DNA of 64,000 nucleotides from Pelagibacteraceae bacterium AG-430-I06 (GTDB lineage Bacteria > Pseudomonadota > Alphaproteobacteria > Pelagibacterales > Pelagibacteraceae), in the NCBI GenBank assembly GCA_003209895.1, contig QCOH01000003.1:20144-84143 (forward strand), given 5' to 3'. Positions 31,861 to 40,332 of the stretch are shown here, in pieces; within the stretch, counting starts at the first letter, position 1; each line of letters begins with the position of its first letter. The notes beneath the pieces were generated by a model that saw only the letters and a program-made list of their open reading frames with translations, did not search any database and was not told where the DNA came from. Made by a program: the position numbers and the translations under genes.

Positions 31861-33104
31861 ATTAAATATTTATTTAATAAGATTTTAATATCCTTTTTAC
31901 TTATTTTGAAATCATTCTCTATCCATTTTTTTTCGATTGTTTCAAGTATTTCGCCAATTTTTTTTCCTCTTTTTAGACCTTCCTTAATTAGGTCATTTCC
32001 AGTAATTGGGAATTTTGGAATTATAGTTTCGTTAATTTTTTTTATCATTTCATGAAACTTGGAGGTCAAACTTTTATTGTTTATAACATTATTGATGATA
32101 AAAATTTCCTCAATTTCTTTTTTTCCATGGAAAAAAATATTTTTTTTAAGATCTTTGTGAAAAAATTCCTTATTTGATTTAATTTCTTTCAAAAGAATCG
32201 AGAACAAACTCAATTTGTTTTTTAATTCATTTGATATGTTATATTTGTGAAAGAAATAGGCGTGGTTATTTGAAAAATCTAATAACATTATAGCTAAGAC
32301 TATGTCTTTGTTAAATTCTATATCTTTTGAATTTTTTAGTTTTTTTAAAATTTTTATTCTATCAAGATATAAAAACTCAGGAAAAATAAGTTTGAATATG
32401 TTAAGTAAAAAGTTATTTTTAAATATATCTTGAAAATTATCTAGATTAATGATTTTTTCCAGTTCATTGTAAATTCGCTCTTTTGATAGTTTGGCAATAC
32501 CATCCATATTAAGTTTTATTGCTTTTTGTGTTTCATCATCGATTGCGAAACTTTTGTATTGTATGGAAAACCTCAAGAATCTTAAAATTCTTAGGTAATC
32601 TTCCTGTATTCGTTTTTTTGGCTCACCAATGAATTTAACTTTATTGTTTTTTAAATCTTCTAAACCGAACTGAGGATCAAATATTTTTCCCCTTGAATTC
32701 AAATAAATTGCGTTTATCGTGAAGTCTCTTCTTTCTGAATCTTTTTTCCAATTATCTGTAAATTCAATATCTGCATGTCTTCCGTCTGTTGAAATATCTT
32801 GTCTTAAAGTTGTTATTTCAACCTTTTGATTTTCTAATATTAAAGTCAGAGTGCCATGTTCAATACCAGTTTTTTTAATTTTTACATCTGTATTTTCAAA
32901 TTTTTTAATTATTTCGTTTGGTGTTAAAGAGGTTGCAATGTCAATATCATCAATTTTTTGATTAAGAATATATTTTCGAACACATCCTCCAACAAACATA
33001 GCCTGTTTTTTGTTTTCTAAATTTAAAATATTTAAAATTTTTTTAGTTGCCGGAGAACTATAGAAGGGAAATAATGACTTTTTTATCTTCTCTATTAAAA
33101 ACAT
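31857..33104 (-). CDS. cca: CCA-adding tRNA nucleotidyltransferase / poly(A) polymerase family protein
   Basis: FVGGCVRKYIL...DDIDIAT head motif, RRDFTINAIY, EDYLRILRFLRF. Its stop shares bases with the greA stop (TTAA). Confidence 0.85.
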   Translation of the reverse strand: MFLIEKIKKSLFPFYSSPATKKILNILNLENKKQAMFVGGCVRKYILNQKIDDIDIATSLTPNEIIKKFENTDVKIKKTGIEHGTLTLILENQKVEITTLRQDISTDGRHADIEFTDNWKKDSERRDFTINAIYLNSRGKIFDPQFGLEDLKNNKVKFIGEPKKRIQEDYLRILRFLRFSIQYKSFAIDDETQKAIKLNMDGIAKLSKERIYNELEKIINLDNFQDIFKNNFLLNIFKLIFPEFLYLDRIKILKKLKNSKDIEFNKDIVLAIMLLDFSNNHAYFFHKYNISNELKNKLSLFSILLKEIKSNKEFFHKDLKKNIFFHGKKEIEEIFIINNVINNKSLTSKFHEMIKKINETIIPKFPITGNDLIKEGLKRGKKIGEILETIEKKWIENDFKISKKDIKILLNKYLI

Positions 33105-33110
33105 ATCTAT

Positions 33111-33184
33111 TGGCTGGGGCGCTAGGATTCGAACCTAGGATGGCGGTACCAAAAACCGCTGCCTTACCGCTTGGCTACGCCCCA
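33111..33184 (-). tRNA. tRNA-Gln (anticodon TTG), CCA end encoded
   Basis: The reverse complement reads TGGGGCG-TA-GCC-AAGCGGTAA-GGC-A-GCGGT-TTTTGGT-ACCGC-CATC-CTAGG-TTCGAAT-CCTAG-CGCCCCA-G-CCA. This gives a 7-bp acceptor stem, a D arm, an anticodon loop with UUG, a T arm with TTCGAAT and a terminal CCA. Confidence 0.9.
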
Positions 33185-33217
33185 AATTTATTTTGGATAT
33201 ACCACAAAAAAACAAAA

Positions 33218-34078
33218 TTAAATAGATTTAGCAACAACACACCAATAATTAGGGAATTTTTTTTTAATTTTTCTAAGTCCTAAATGAGCACTTTTTTTCG
33301 TCAAAAAAAGCCCAAAACATGCAGAACCTGAACCTGTAAGCCTAGAAAATTCACAATTATCAAGTTGCTTCAATTCAGCTAAAATTTTACTTATTTTGGG
33401 GAATTTTTTAATTGCTATTTTTTCGAGTGAATTATGACTTTGTTTTAAATTTTGAACCATCTTTTTTTTTGAATTTAAATTATTAAAATTTAATTTTTTA
33501 ATTTTATCGTAATTATTAACCTTAGAATAAATTTCTTTAGTTGAGCATCTGAAAAAAGGATAAATAATAATAAAGTAAAATATCATTTTCTTATTTAAAT
33601 TTTTATACTTTGTTAAACTTTTTTGAAGAATTTGGTTAGATTCAAAAAATAATCTTAAATCCGAACCTATTTTATTTGAGAAATAATTAAGATTTTTTTT
33701 TGATATTTTTTTCCTTTTTAAAAAGTATTTTATTAAAGTAGATGCATTGCTGGAAGACCCACCTAATCCAGAAAATACTGGTATTTTTTTTTCAATTTTA
33801 ATCTGATATTTTGGGTTTTTTTTTAAAAACCCTTTTTTTCTTAAAATAAAAAGAGATTGGGAAATAGAATTTTTACTTTTGTTAACCTGTTTAGAAAAAA
33901 TTCCAGAAAATATGATTACATCATTTTGTTTAAAGATTTTTTTTACTTTAATTTTATCATGTAGATCTGTTTTAAATATAATCGAATATAAATTGTGTAA
34001 TTTAGTTTTTTTTGATTTATTCCAGATATTAAGAAATAAATTTATTTTTGAATAAGATTTTAAATAGTTTTGTTTCAT
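33218..34078 (-). CDS. ispE: 4-diphosphocytidyl-2-C-methyl-D-erythritol kinase
   Basis: SYSKINLFLNI, GHMP-kinase motif PVFSGLGGSSSNAS, C-terminal LTGSGSACFGLF. Confidence 0.85.
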   Translation of the reverse strand: MKQNYLKSYSKINLFLNIWNKSKKTKLHNLYSIIFKTDLHDKIKVKKIFKQNDVIIFSGIFSKQVNKSKNSISQSLFILRKKGFLKKNPKYQIKIEKKIPVFSGLGGSSSNASTLIKYFLKRKKISKKNLNYFSNKIGSDLRLFFESNQILQKSLTKYKNLNKKMIFYFIIIYPFFRCSTKEIYSKVNNYDKIKKLNFNNLNSKKKMVQNLKQSHNSLEKIAIKKFPKISKILAELKQLDNCEFSRLTGSGSACFGLFLTKKSAHLGLRKIKKKFPNYWCVVAKSI

Positions 34079-34096
34079 TCCGAAGATTTAAATCTT

Positions 34097-35773
34097 TTAT
34101 AATCCAAATATTAGTTTGTTTTCTATATTTTTTTTTAACTTATCTTCTGTTGACTCTAGTGTTAGTACATAGTTCCAGTAATATCTTGCTTGTATTTTTT
34201 GATTATTTTTCCAAAGACAGTCGGCAAAATGATCATTAATTATTGGATCTGATGGCATCAATGTTATCGCTTTTACCAAATATTTTTTAGCCTCAACAAA
34301 TTTATTTAATTTATAATAAGCCCAACCCAATGAGTCAGTTATGTATCCATCATTTTTTTTCAAGTCATTAGCTTCTTTAAGCATATCTAATGCTTCACTG
34401 AGGTTTTTTCCTTGCTCTACCCAAGAATAAGCAAGATAATTTATTACGTAAGGTTGGTTAGGTTCAATTTCTAAAGAGCTGAGTAAATCTCTCTCCGCTA
34501 AATCCCATTTTTTTATTAGCTCATATGCAGTACCTCTTCTATCTAAAACTTTGGGGAACAATCGATGTCCTTTGTCTATTTTTGTTAAAATTTTTGAGTA
34601 TAACTCTATAGATTTTTCATAATCTTTGTTATTTTTAAGAAAATTTGCAAAGTCAAAAATCTCATAAACATCTGGTTTAATACTTTCAAAACTTTTTTTT
34701 AAAAAATTAAGAGACTCCTCTTCTTTTTTTTGAGCATACAATATGTAAGATATCTGTTTATCAGAGTACCATTTATAAACTGAACCCGATGTTGATAGTT
34801 TGTTGTAAATTTTTTGGGATTGATTGTATTTTTTTAAAATAAAAAGATTTTCAGCTATTAAAGATTCATATGATAAAAAAGCAGGATTTAAATATTTTGA
34901 TAAATTTACGTAAAAATTTGAGAGTTCGTAATTTCCTTGCGTTGAGAGAGCGTTTGCAATCACATAAAAAATTTCAGCTACAATGTGATTTTTTTTTGAA
35001 CAATCAAATTTATTATAATTTCTTTGTTTTTTATTAATTGTTTTTTTGTATTGATTTATTAATAGATTTTTTGGATATTTTTGTGATGCAAAATTAATTA
35101 TTTCTGTCGCTTTTGACACATTATTTTTATTAGATAGATAATTTGCATAAAAGAAATAATATCTTGAAAAATTATTTTCATTATTTTCTACAATTTCTAA
35201 AAATTTTTTTTCAGTTAACGGTGAACCAAAATAACAATGTGCTAAGGTTGATTGAATAACTGTAAAATTATTATATTTTTCTGGCACAACCTCCATAATT
35301 TCAATTCCTTTTTTCTCAATAGTTGTCCAGTTTTTCAAAGTAGTTTGAATGACATTGAAAACCATCTGATGATCAAAACTAAGTTCAAGTTTATCAAAAT
35401 AAATATTTGCCTTTAAAAAATTTCCATTTTTAAATTCATTTAAACCTAGAATAAGTCGACTTTCAAAATTAGATTTTTTTTTATTTTCTAAAACTCTTGA
35501 GTATCTTACAGCTTCATTGAATTTATTTAAATTTATTAGAGATCTAATATGTTTTGATGCGTGGCTCGAATTATCCTTGTTAGGGTCTCTAATTTGCTTA
35601 AAAAATTCATGTGATTTTTTATGATCATGATTACCAAAAGATAGTGATGCTGAGAAATAGTTAGATATATTTTTAGCGTTATAATTGAAATTTGTATTTT
35701 TGCCGTGGGAGGAATTTAATACACCAAATGCTAATAAAGTATATAATGAAATTATTAAAAGCAGAGCCTTCAT
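34097..35773 (-). CDS. Secreted tetratricopeptide-repeat (TPR) protein
   Basis: Signal peptide MKALLLIISLYTLLAFGVL. Repeated TPR-like W/Y-x-L-G-x-x-Y and A-x-x-x-F/Y-x-K-A patterns, clearest at the C-terminus. Confidence 0.7.
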   Translation of the reverse strand: MKALLLIISLYTLLAFGVLNSSHGKNTNFNYNAKNISNYFSASLSFGNHDHKKSHEFFKQIRDPNKDNSSHASKHIRSLINLNKFNEAVRYSRVLENKKKSNFESRLILGLNEFKNGNFLKANIYFDKLELSFDHQMVFNVIQTTLKNWTTIEKKGIEIMEVVPEKYNNFTVIQSTLAHCYFGSPLTEKKFLEIVENNENNFSRYYFFYANYLSNKNNVSKATEIINFASQKYPKNLLINQYKKTINKKQRNYNKFDCSKKNHIVAEIFYVIANALSTQGNYELSNFYVNLSKYLNPAFLSYESLIAENLFILKKYNQSQKIYNKLSTSGSVYKWYSDKQISYILYAQKKEEESLNFLKKSFESIKPDVYEIFDFANFLKNNKDYEKSIELYSKILTKIDKGHRLFPKVLDRRGTAYELIKKWDLAERDLLSSLEIEPNQPYVINYLAYSWVEQGKNLSEALDMLKEANDLKKNDGYITDSLGWAYYKLNKFVEAKKYLVKAITLMPSDPIINDHFADCLWKNNQKIQARYYWNYVLTLESTEDKLKKNIENKLIFGL

Positions 35774-35778
35774 ATTGA

Positions 35779-36477
35779 ATGAAAAATATTAAAAAAAAAA
35801 TTTATCATAAACTTATAAATAATGAACTGAGATATAATAACAAATCTTTGGTCAGATATGAAAACAATATTATTAAAAAACTAGGTAATGTAAGTGAAGA
35901 TAAATTAAATCAGCTGAAAAAGTTGAAAATTAAAATTAATTCTATCAAAAATTGTGATTTGAAGAATAATGCAAAAAATTTGGTTTTTGCAGATGGTAAC
36001 CCTAATTCTTTAATCATGATTATAGGTGAAGGTCCTGGCGCAAACGAAGATAAAGAGGGCAAACCTTTTGTGGGAAGAGCAGGAAAACTATTAGATAAAA
36101 TGCTTGAGGCAATTAAACTTAATAGAAATAATGTTTATATTTCTAATGTTGTAAATTTTAGACCTCCGATGAACAGAAGACCAACTGACGAAGAAATCAA
36201 AAGATATCTACCTTTTTTAAACAAACATATTGAAATCATTAATCCGAAGATCTTATTTTTGCTTGGAAGCACTGCTTTGAATGCTTTGATTGGAAACGAA
36301 ACAGTAATTTCAAAAGCCAGGGGTAAATGGATAAGTAAAAAAATTGGAGAAGTAAACACAGAGGTGATTGCCTCTTTCCATCCTGCTTTCTTAATGAGAC
36401 AGCCAGACCAAAAAAAATATGCTTGGGAAGACTTGAAAATGATAAGAAAAAAGATAGTCCAATTCAAAATAAAGTAA
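35779..36477 (+). CDS. Family 4 uracil-DNA glycosylase
   Basis: Family-4 signature IGEGPGANEDKEGKPFVGRAGKLLDKML and HPAFLMR near the C-terminus. Confidence 0.85.
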   Translation: MKNIKKKIYHKLINNELRYNNKSLVRYENNIIKKLGNVSEDKLNQLKKLKIKINSIKNCDLKNNAKNLVFADGNPNSLIMIIGEGPGANEDKEGKPFVGRAGKLLDKMLEAIKLNRNNVYISNVVNFRPPMNRRPTDEEIKRYLPFLNKHIEIINPKILFLLGSTALNALIGNETVISKARGKWISKKIGEVNTEVIASFHPAFLMRQPDQKKYAWEDLKMIRKKIVQFKIK

Positions 36478-37047
36478 ATGAAAGATAAAATTTTTGCGGG
36501 AGTGGATGAGGTAGGCAGAGGTTGTTTGGCTGGTCCAGTTATTTCATGTGCGATAATTTTAAAGAAAAATGTAAATACTAAGCTTCTAAAAGACTCTAAA
36601 ACTATATCCTTCAAGAATCGAATAGAAATTGCGGATCATATTAAAAAAAACTCATGGTATGCTATTGGCTCAGCATCAGTAAATGAAATTGATAAGTTTA
36701 ATATTTTTAATGCCTCGCTTCTTTCAATGGAAAGAGCTGTAAAAAAATTAAAAAAAAAACCTCATATTTTTTTGATTGATGGTACACATGCGCCAAAGAA
36801 ATTAATAAACTATAAAACAATTATAAAAGGAGATCAGAAAATTAAGTGTATATCTGCTGCATCAATTGTTGCAAAAGTTTATAGGGATCTTTACATGATA
36901 AAATTAGGAAACAAATTTCCTAAATATAAATGGGACAAAAATTTTGGATATGGGACTTCACAACATTTAAAAGCTATAAAAAAATTTGGAGTAACTAAAG
37001 TTCATAGGAAAAGCTATAAGCCAGTACACAACATCTTGTCTAAATAA
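36478..37047 (+). CDS. rnhB: Ribonuclease HII
   Basis: GVDEVGRGCLAGPV, DSKTIS, GDQKIKCISAASIVAKVYRD. Starts immediately after the UDG stop. Confidence 0.93.
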   Translation: MKDKIFAGVDEVGRGCLAGPVISCAIILKKNVNTKLLKDSKTISFKNRIEIADHIKKNSWYAIGSASVNEIDKFNIFNASLLSMERAVKKLKKKPHIFLIDGTHAPKKLINYKTIIKGDQKIKCISAASIVAKVYRDLYMIKLGNKFPKYKWDKNFGYGTSQHLKAIKKFGVTKVHRKSYKPVHNILSK

Positions 37048-37081
37048 GAGTCATTGGCACACAATAGACTCTTTTTTTTTT
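37046..37081 (+). terminator. Rho-independent terminator of rnhB
   Basis: AAGAGTCATTG (37046-37056) pairs with CAAT-a-GACTCTT (37062-37073). That is 11 bp with one bulged A and a 5-nt loop GCACA. A T10 run (37072-37081) follows directly. It is the only convincing intrinsic terminator I found in the window. Confidence 0.6.
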
Positions 37082-37127
37082 AAAAAAAAATTTGACGGAC
37101 GATTCAATTTCGGGTTGAATTCAGTAA
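37048..37127 (+). promoter_or_regulatory. Candidate ccrM promoter with three GANTC (CcrM target) sites
   Basis: GAGTC 37048-37052, GACTC 37067-37071, GATTC 37101-37105. TTGACG (37092-37097), a 17-nt spacer, then TTGAAT (37115-37120), with the ATG only 7 nt further (37128). The sigma-70-like match is by eye and moderate. Confidence 0.35.
37072..37090. repeat. T10-A9 homopolymer palindrome
   Basis: Read directly: tttttttttt aaaaaaaaa. It lies between the rnhB terminator stem and the candidate ccrM -35 element, so it could act as a UP-element-like A/T tract. Confidence 0.95.
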
Positions 37128-38198
37128 ATGACAAAATTCTCCAACAAAATTGTTTTGGGTAACTCTTTAGATATTTTAAAAAAGATTCCTGATAAAACAT
37201 TCGATTTGGTTTTTGCAGATCCTCCTTACAACATGCAAATCGGAAAAAAATTAAAAAGGCCAGATAACAGCAGGGTTAATGGTGTAAATGATGATTGGGA
37301 TAAATTTTCTGATTTTAATCATTACGATGAGTTTTCAAAAGCTTGGATAAAAGAATGTAAAAGAATTTTAAAAGATAACGGATCTATTTGGGTAATAGGC
37401 ACATATCATAATATTTTTAGAATTGGTTATCATATTCAAAATTTAGGTTACTGGTTATTGAATGATGTAATTTGGAGAAAAAATAATCCAATGCCGAACT
37501 TTAAAGGAACTAGATTTACTAATGCGCATGAAACATTGATTTGGGCATCAAAAAATAAAAATTCAAAATATACATTTAACTACCAATCTTTAAAATGCTT
37601 CAATGATGACTTGCAGATGCGATCTGACTGGACGCTTCCAATTTGTAGTGGAAAAGAAAGATTAAAGGAGAATGGTAAAAAAATTCATTCTACACAAAAA
37701 CCTGAAGCACTTTTGCATAGAATTATTTTAGCAAGCACAAACAAAGGTGATGCGATACTTGATCCGTTTATTGGTACGGGTACCTCAGCGGTTGTTGCTA
37801 AAAAATTAGGTCGAAAATATTTTGGGATTGAAAAAGATCGAAAATATTTTGATGCAGCAAATAAAAGAGTTAGCAATACAAAAATTATAGAGGATAATTA
37901 TTTGGACACATTGCAAAATAATAAATCTAAGCCACGAATACCTTTTGGGTCTTTAATTGAAATGGGAATTATCAAGCCTGGAACAATACTTTTTGATCAA
38001 AAAAAGAAATTTAATGCCAAGATTATGATTGATGGTAGTTTAAAACATGAAAAAACCGAGGGATCAATTCATAAGGTTGCCGCTAAAATACTAGGTACTG
38101 AAAGCTGTAATGGCTGGACTTACTGGCATTATAAGTCTGGAAATATCTTGAAACCTATTGATAAACTAAGGGATAAATTAAGACCAAGTATATATTAA
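37128..38198 (+). CDS. ccrM: Cell-cycle-regulated N6-adenine DNA methyltransferase CcrM (GANTC-specific, beta class)
   Basis: FADPPYN (motif IV) precedes DPFIGTGTSAVVA (motif I), as in beta-class MTases. About 80-aa C-terminal domain as in CcrM. No adjacent endonuclease gene. Confidence 0.9.
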   Translation: MTKFSNKIVLGNSLDILKKIPDKTFDLVFADPPYNMQIGKKLKRPDNSRVNGVNDDWDKFSDFNHYDEFSKAWIKECKRILKDNGSIWVIGTYHNIFRIGYHIQNLGYWLLNDVIWRKNNPMPNFKGTRFTNAHETLIWASKNKNSKYTFNYQSLKCFNDDLQMRSDWTLPICSGKERLKENGKKIHSTQKPEALLHRIILASTNKGDAILDPFIGTGTSAVVAKKLGRKYFGIEKDRKYFDAANKRVSNTKIIEDNYLDTLQNNKSKPRIPFGSLIEMGIIKPGTILFDQKKKFNAKIMIDGSLKHEKTEGSIHKVAAKILGTESCNGWTYWHYKSGNILKPIDKLRDKLRPSIY

Positions 38199-39331
38199 AT
38201 CTCCTGATAGATATTTTTTAAGTATCTATTTAAAAATTTTTCACTTTTCGTCGCTTTTTTTAAAACAAAATTTCTCGCTTTTATCATAAAAGGATTGGAG
38301 AGATGAAAAGAGTAATAATTTAACATGGAGCGTTTGTTTACAAGATTAATTCTCTCCTCCCTTTTTTTAAAATAAAGATTTTGTAAATCTTTTGAATCTT
38401 TTGATAGAAGATTAAACAATTCGTAGGCTGCCTCGATAGATTGAGATGCACCCTGCGCCATTGTTGGTGGAAAAGTATAAAATGCATCACCTAAATAAAA
38501 CAAATTTTCATAAGATGATTTATAAGGTTTTTTAGTAATATAAATTGGCCAGAAATCTAAAGAATTTTTAAATAAATTTCCTAAATTTTTATTCTGGGAA
38601 ATAATTTCTTTTTCAATAAGTAATTTTAAATCTATTTTATTTGGCAATCTCTGTCTGATTATGCAAACTAAATTTAACTCTTCTTTTTTATTTACTGGGT
38701 AAATAACTATGTGAGCATTTTTAAGCATTATCAAGGATATGTTTTTTTTGTCGTATGCAAAATCTTTTATATCTTTAATAAAAGTTCTTATTGCAATTGA
38801 GCCGTTATAAAAAGGTTTGACGCTTTTATGTTCTATAATAGATTTTGTATTTGAGAAAACTCCATCTGATATAATCATATAATCAACAAGATCATTGGTA
38901 TTATCTGCGAAATTTATTAGTAACTTTTCTTTTAATTTAGTAACTTTTTTTACTTTTTTTCCAAATTTAATATTTTTTAAAAACAAATCAGTTTTTAGAA
39001 ATTCGATTAAAGTGGATCTTTTTAATGTAGTGTATTTATTTTTTTTGGTATTGAATCTTTCTAAATTCAAATCACAGATTTTTATATTATCATTAGAATA
39101 AAAATCTAATTTTGACGGATTAAAAAAATTGATTTCTTCTATTTTTAAAAAATTTAATTTGTTTAAAATTGAAATACTATTTGGCGCCAACTGTATTCCA
39201 TACCCCTCGTCAAGTGTAAGCTCTTTTTCTCTTTCATAAATATTTACTTCAAAATTTGTGTCTATCTTCAAAAAATTTGCTAAAGTCAAACCAGCAATAC
39301 CAGATCCAATAATTGCAAATTTTTTTTTCAT
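38195..39331 (-). CDS. FAD-dependent aromatic-ring monooxygenase (UbiH/Coq6/salicylate hydroxylase-like)
   Basis: AIIGSGIAGLTLANFL dinucleotide fold. GDAFYTFPPTMAQGASQSIEAA flavoprotein hydroxylase fingerprint. Confidence 0.8.
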   Translation of the reverse strand: MKKKFAIIGSGIAGLTLANFLKIDTNFEVNIYEREKELTLDEGYGIQLAPNSISILNKLNFLKIEEINFFNPSKLDFYSNDNIKICDLNLERFNTKKNKYTTLKRSTLIEFLKTDLFLKNIKFGKKVKKVTKLKEKLLINFADNTNDLVDYMIISDGVFSNTKSIIEHKSVKPFYNGSIAIRTFIKDIKDFAYDKKNISLIMLKNAHIVIYPVNKKEELNLVCIIRQRLPNKIDLKLLIEKEIISQNKNLGNLFKNSLDFWPIYITKKPYKSSYENLFYLGDAFYTFPPTMAQGASQSIEAAYELFNLLSKDSKDLQNLYFKKREERINLVNKRSMLNYYSFHLSNPFMIKARNFVLKKATKSEKFLNRYLKNIYQEI

Positions 39332-40332
39332 TAATATAGATTTTCTACCTGTTTAAAAATTTTTTTTGTGAAGGTTGGTAAAAACATTTTTTTATTATAT
39401 AGTGAATACCAACTTAAATCCTTCGGAATTTTTTTTGAAAATTTGTAATATAAATCTATATCCAGTGTTTTATTCGAAATAGAATTTTTATAATTACATA
39501 AAAAATTCCAGTTTTTCAAACTTAACGTTTTTGATTTTACTTTTATAATTGGTAAATTAAATTCTTTAAGGAAACCAAGATTATTATTTTTTTTTAGACC
39601 GATTTGTTTTTTTTTATTCAAATAACAAAATATACTATATTTTTTTCTCTTAATTTTTATAGGACTTGTAAATTTTACCTTTTTGCCTGTGATATAGAAT
39701 TTACAATTTTTTTTTATTGGACAACGATTACACTGTGGATCTTGAGGTTTACAAATCAAAGCACCAAACTCCATTATTGCTTCAGCAAAATCAGAATTTC
39801 TTGAATGAGAAAATAATTTGTCTCTATTTTTCTCGATTATTTCTTCAAAATTAATATTTTTACTATGTTTATTTGTTATTCTAGAAATGACTCTTTTCAC
39901 ATTACCATCGATGCCTAATCGCGGTTGATTATAAATTAAAGCCAATAATATATTGCCAGTATAATCTCCTATGCCTGGAAGTTTTTTTATTTCAACTAAA
40001 TTTTTTGGCAAAATAGATTTTTTATTTTTTTCGATAATTTTGGCTGTTCGGAGAAGATTTTTAGCTCTTCTATAATAACCAAGACCTTCCCAAAGTTTAA
40101 GAACTTTTCTTTCGCTAGTTGTAGAAAGTTTTTTTAAACTCTTAATCTCTCTTGTAAACTTATTAAAATAGGGAATTACTGTTTTTACTTGCGTTTGTTG
40201 CAACATAAATTCACTTAATATTCTGTAGTAAAGCTTTTTGTCAGAGTTAAAATTTACTCTCCATGGCAATATGCGTTTATTATTATCATACCATCGTGTT
40301 ATTTTTTTTGATAAATTGTTATTCAAATGCAT
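39331..40332 (-). CDS. mutY: A/G-specific adenine DNA glycosylase
   Basis: LPWR, WEGLGYYRRAKNL, HhH-GPD LPGIGDYTG, Fe-S cluster CKPQDPQCNRCPIKKNC, NUDIX-like C-terminal domain. Confidence 0.9.
   Translation of the reverse strand: MHLNNNLSKKITRWYDNNKRILPWRVNFNSDKKLYYRILSEFMLQQTQVKTVIPYFNKFTREIKSLKKLSTTSERKVLKLWEGLGYYRRAKNLLRTAKIIEKNKKSILPKNLVEIKKLPGIGDYTGNILLALIYNQPRLGIDGNVKRVISRITNKHSKNINFEEIIEKNRDKLFSHSRNSDFAEAIMEFGALICKPQDPQCNRCPIKKNCKFYITGKKVKFTSPIKIKRKKYSIFCYLNKKKQIGLKKNNNLGFLKEFNLPIIKVKSKTLSLKNWNFLCNYKNSISNKTLDIDLYYKFSKKIPKDLSWYSLYNKKMFLPTFTKKIFKQVENLY

Noticed and set aside
33047-33283. A 78-aa plus-strand ORF spanning the cca/ispE junction.
   Set aside because: It is read through the reverse complement of the tRNA-Gln gene (its GALGFEPRMAVPKTAALPLGYAP stretch is the tRNA). 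It is therefore an artefact.
37080-37094. A CtrA-box-like TTAA-N7-TTTG overlapping the A9 tract upstream of ccrM.
   Set aside because: The second half-site does not match TTAA. The match lies in a homopolymer where such patterns are trivial.
37811-37851. An exact 14-nt direct repeat TCGAAAATATTTTG (37811-37824 and 37838-37851) inside ccrM.
   Set aside because: It is in-frame and encodes RKYFG / RKYFD within a conserved methyltransferase segment. It is most simply a coincidence of codon bias, with no evidence for a regulatory or recombination role.
37128-38198. The DNA methyltransferase as part of a restriction-modification (defence) system.
   Set aside because: The neighbours are rnhB and a flavin monooxygenase, and no endonuclease candidate is adjacent. 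The beta-class motif order and the C-terminal domain fit the orphan cell-cycle methylase CcrM.
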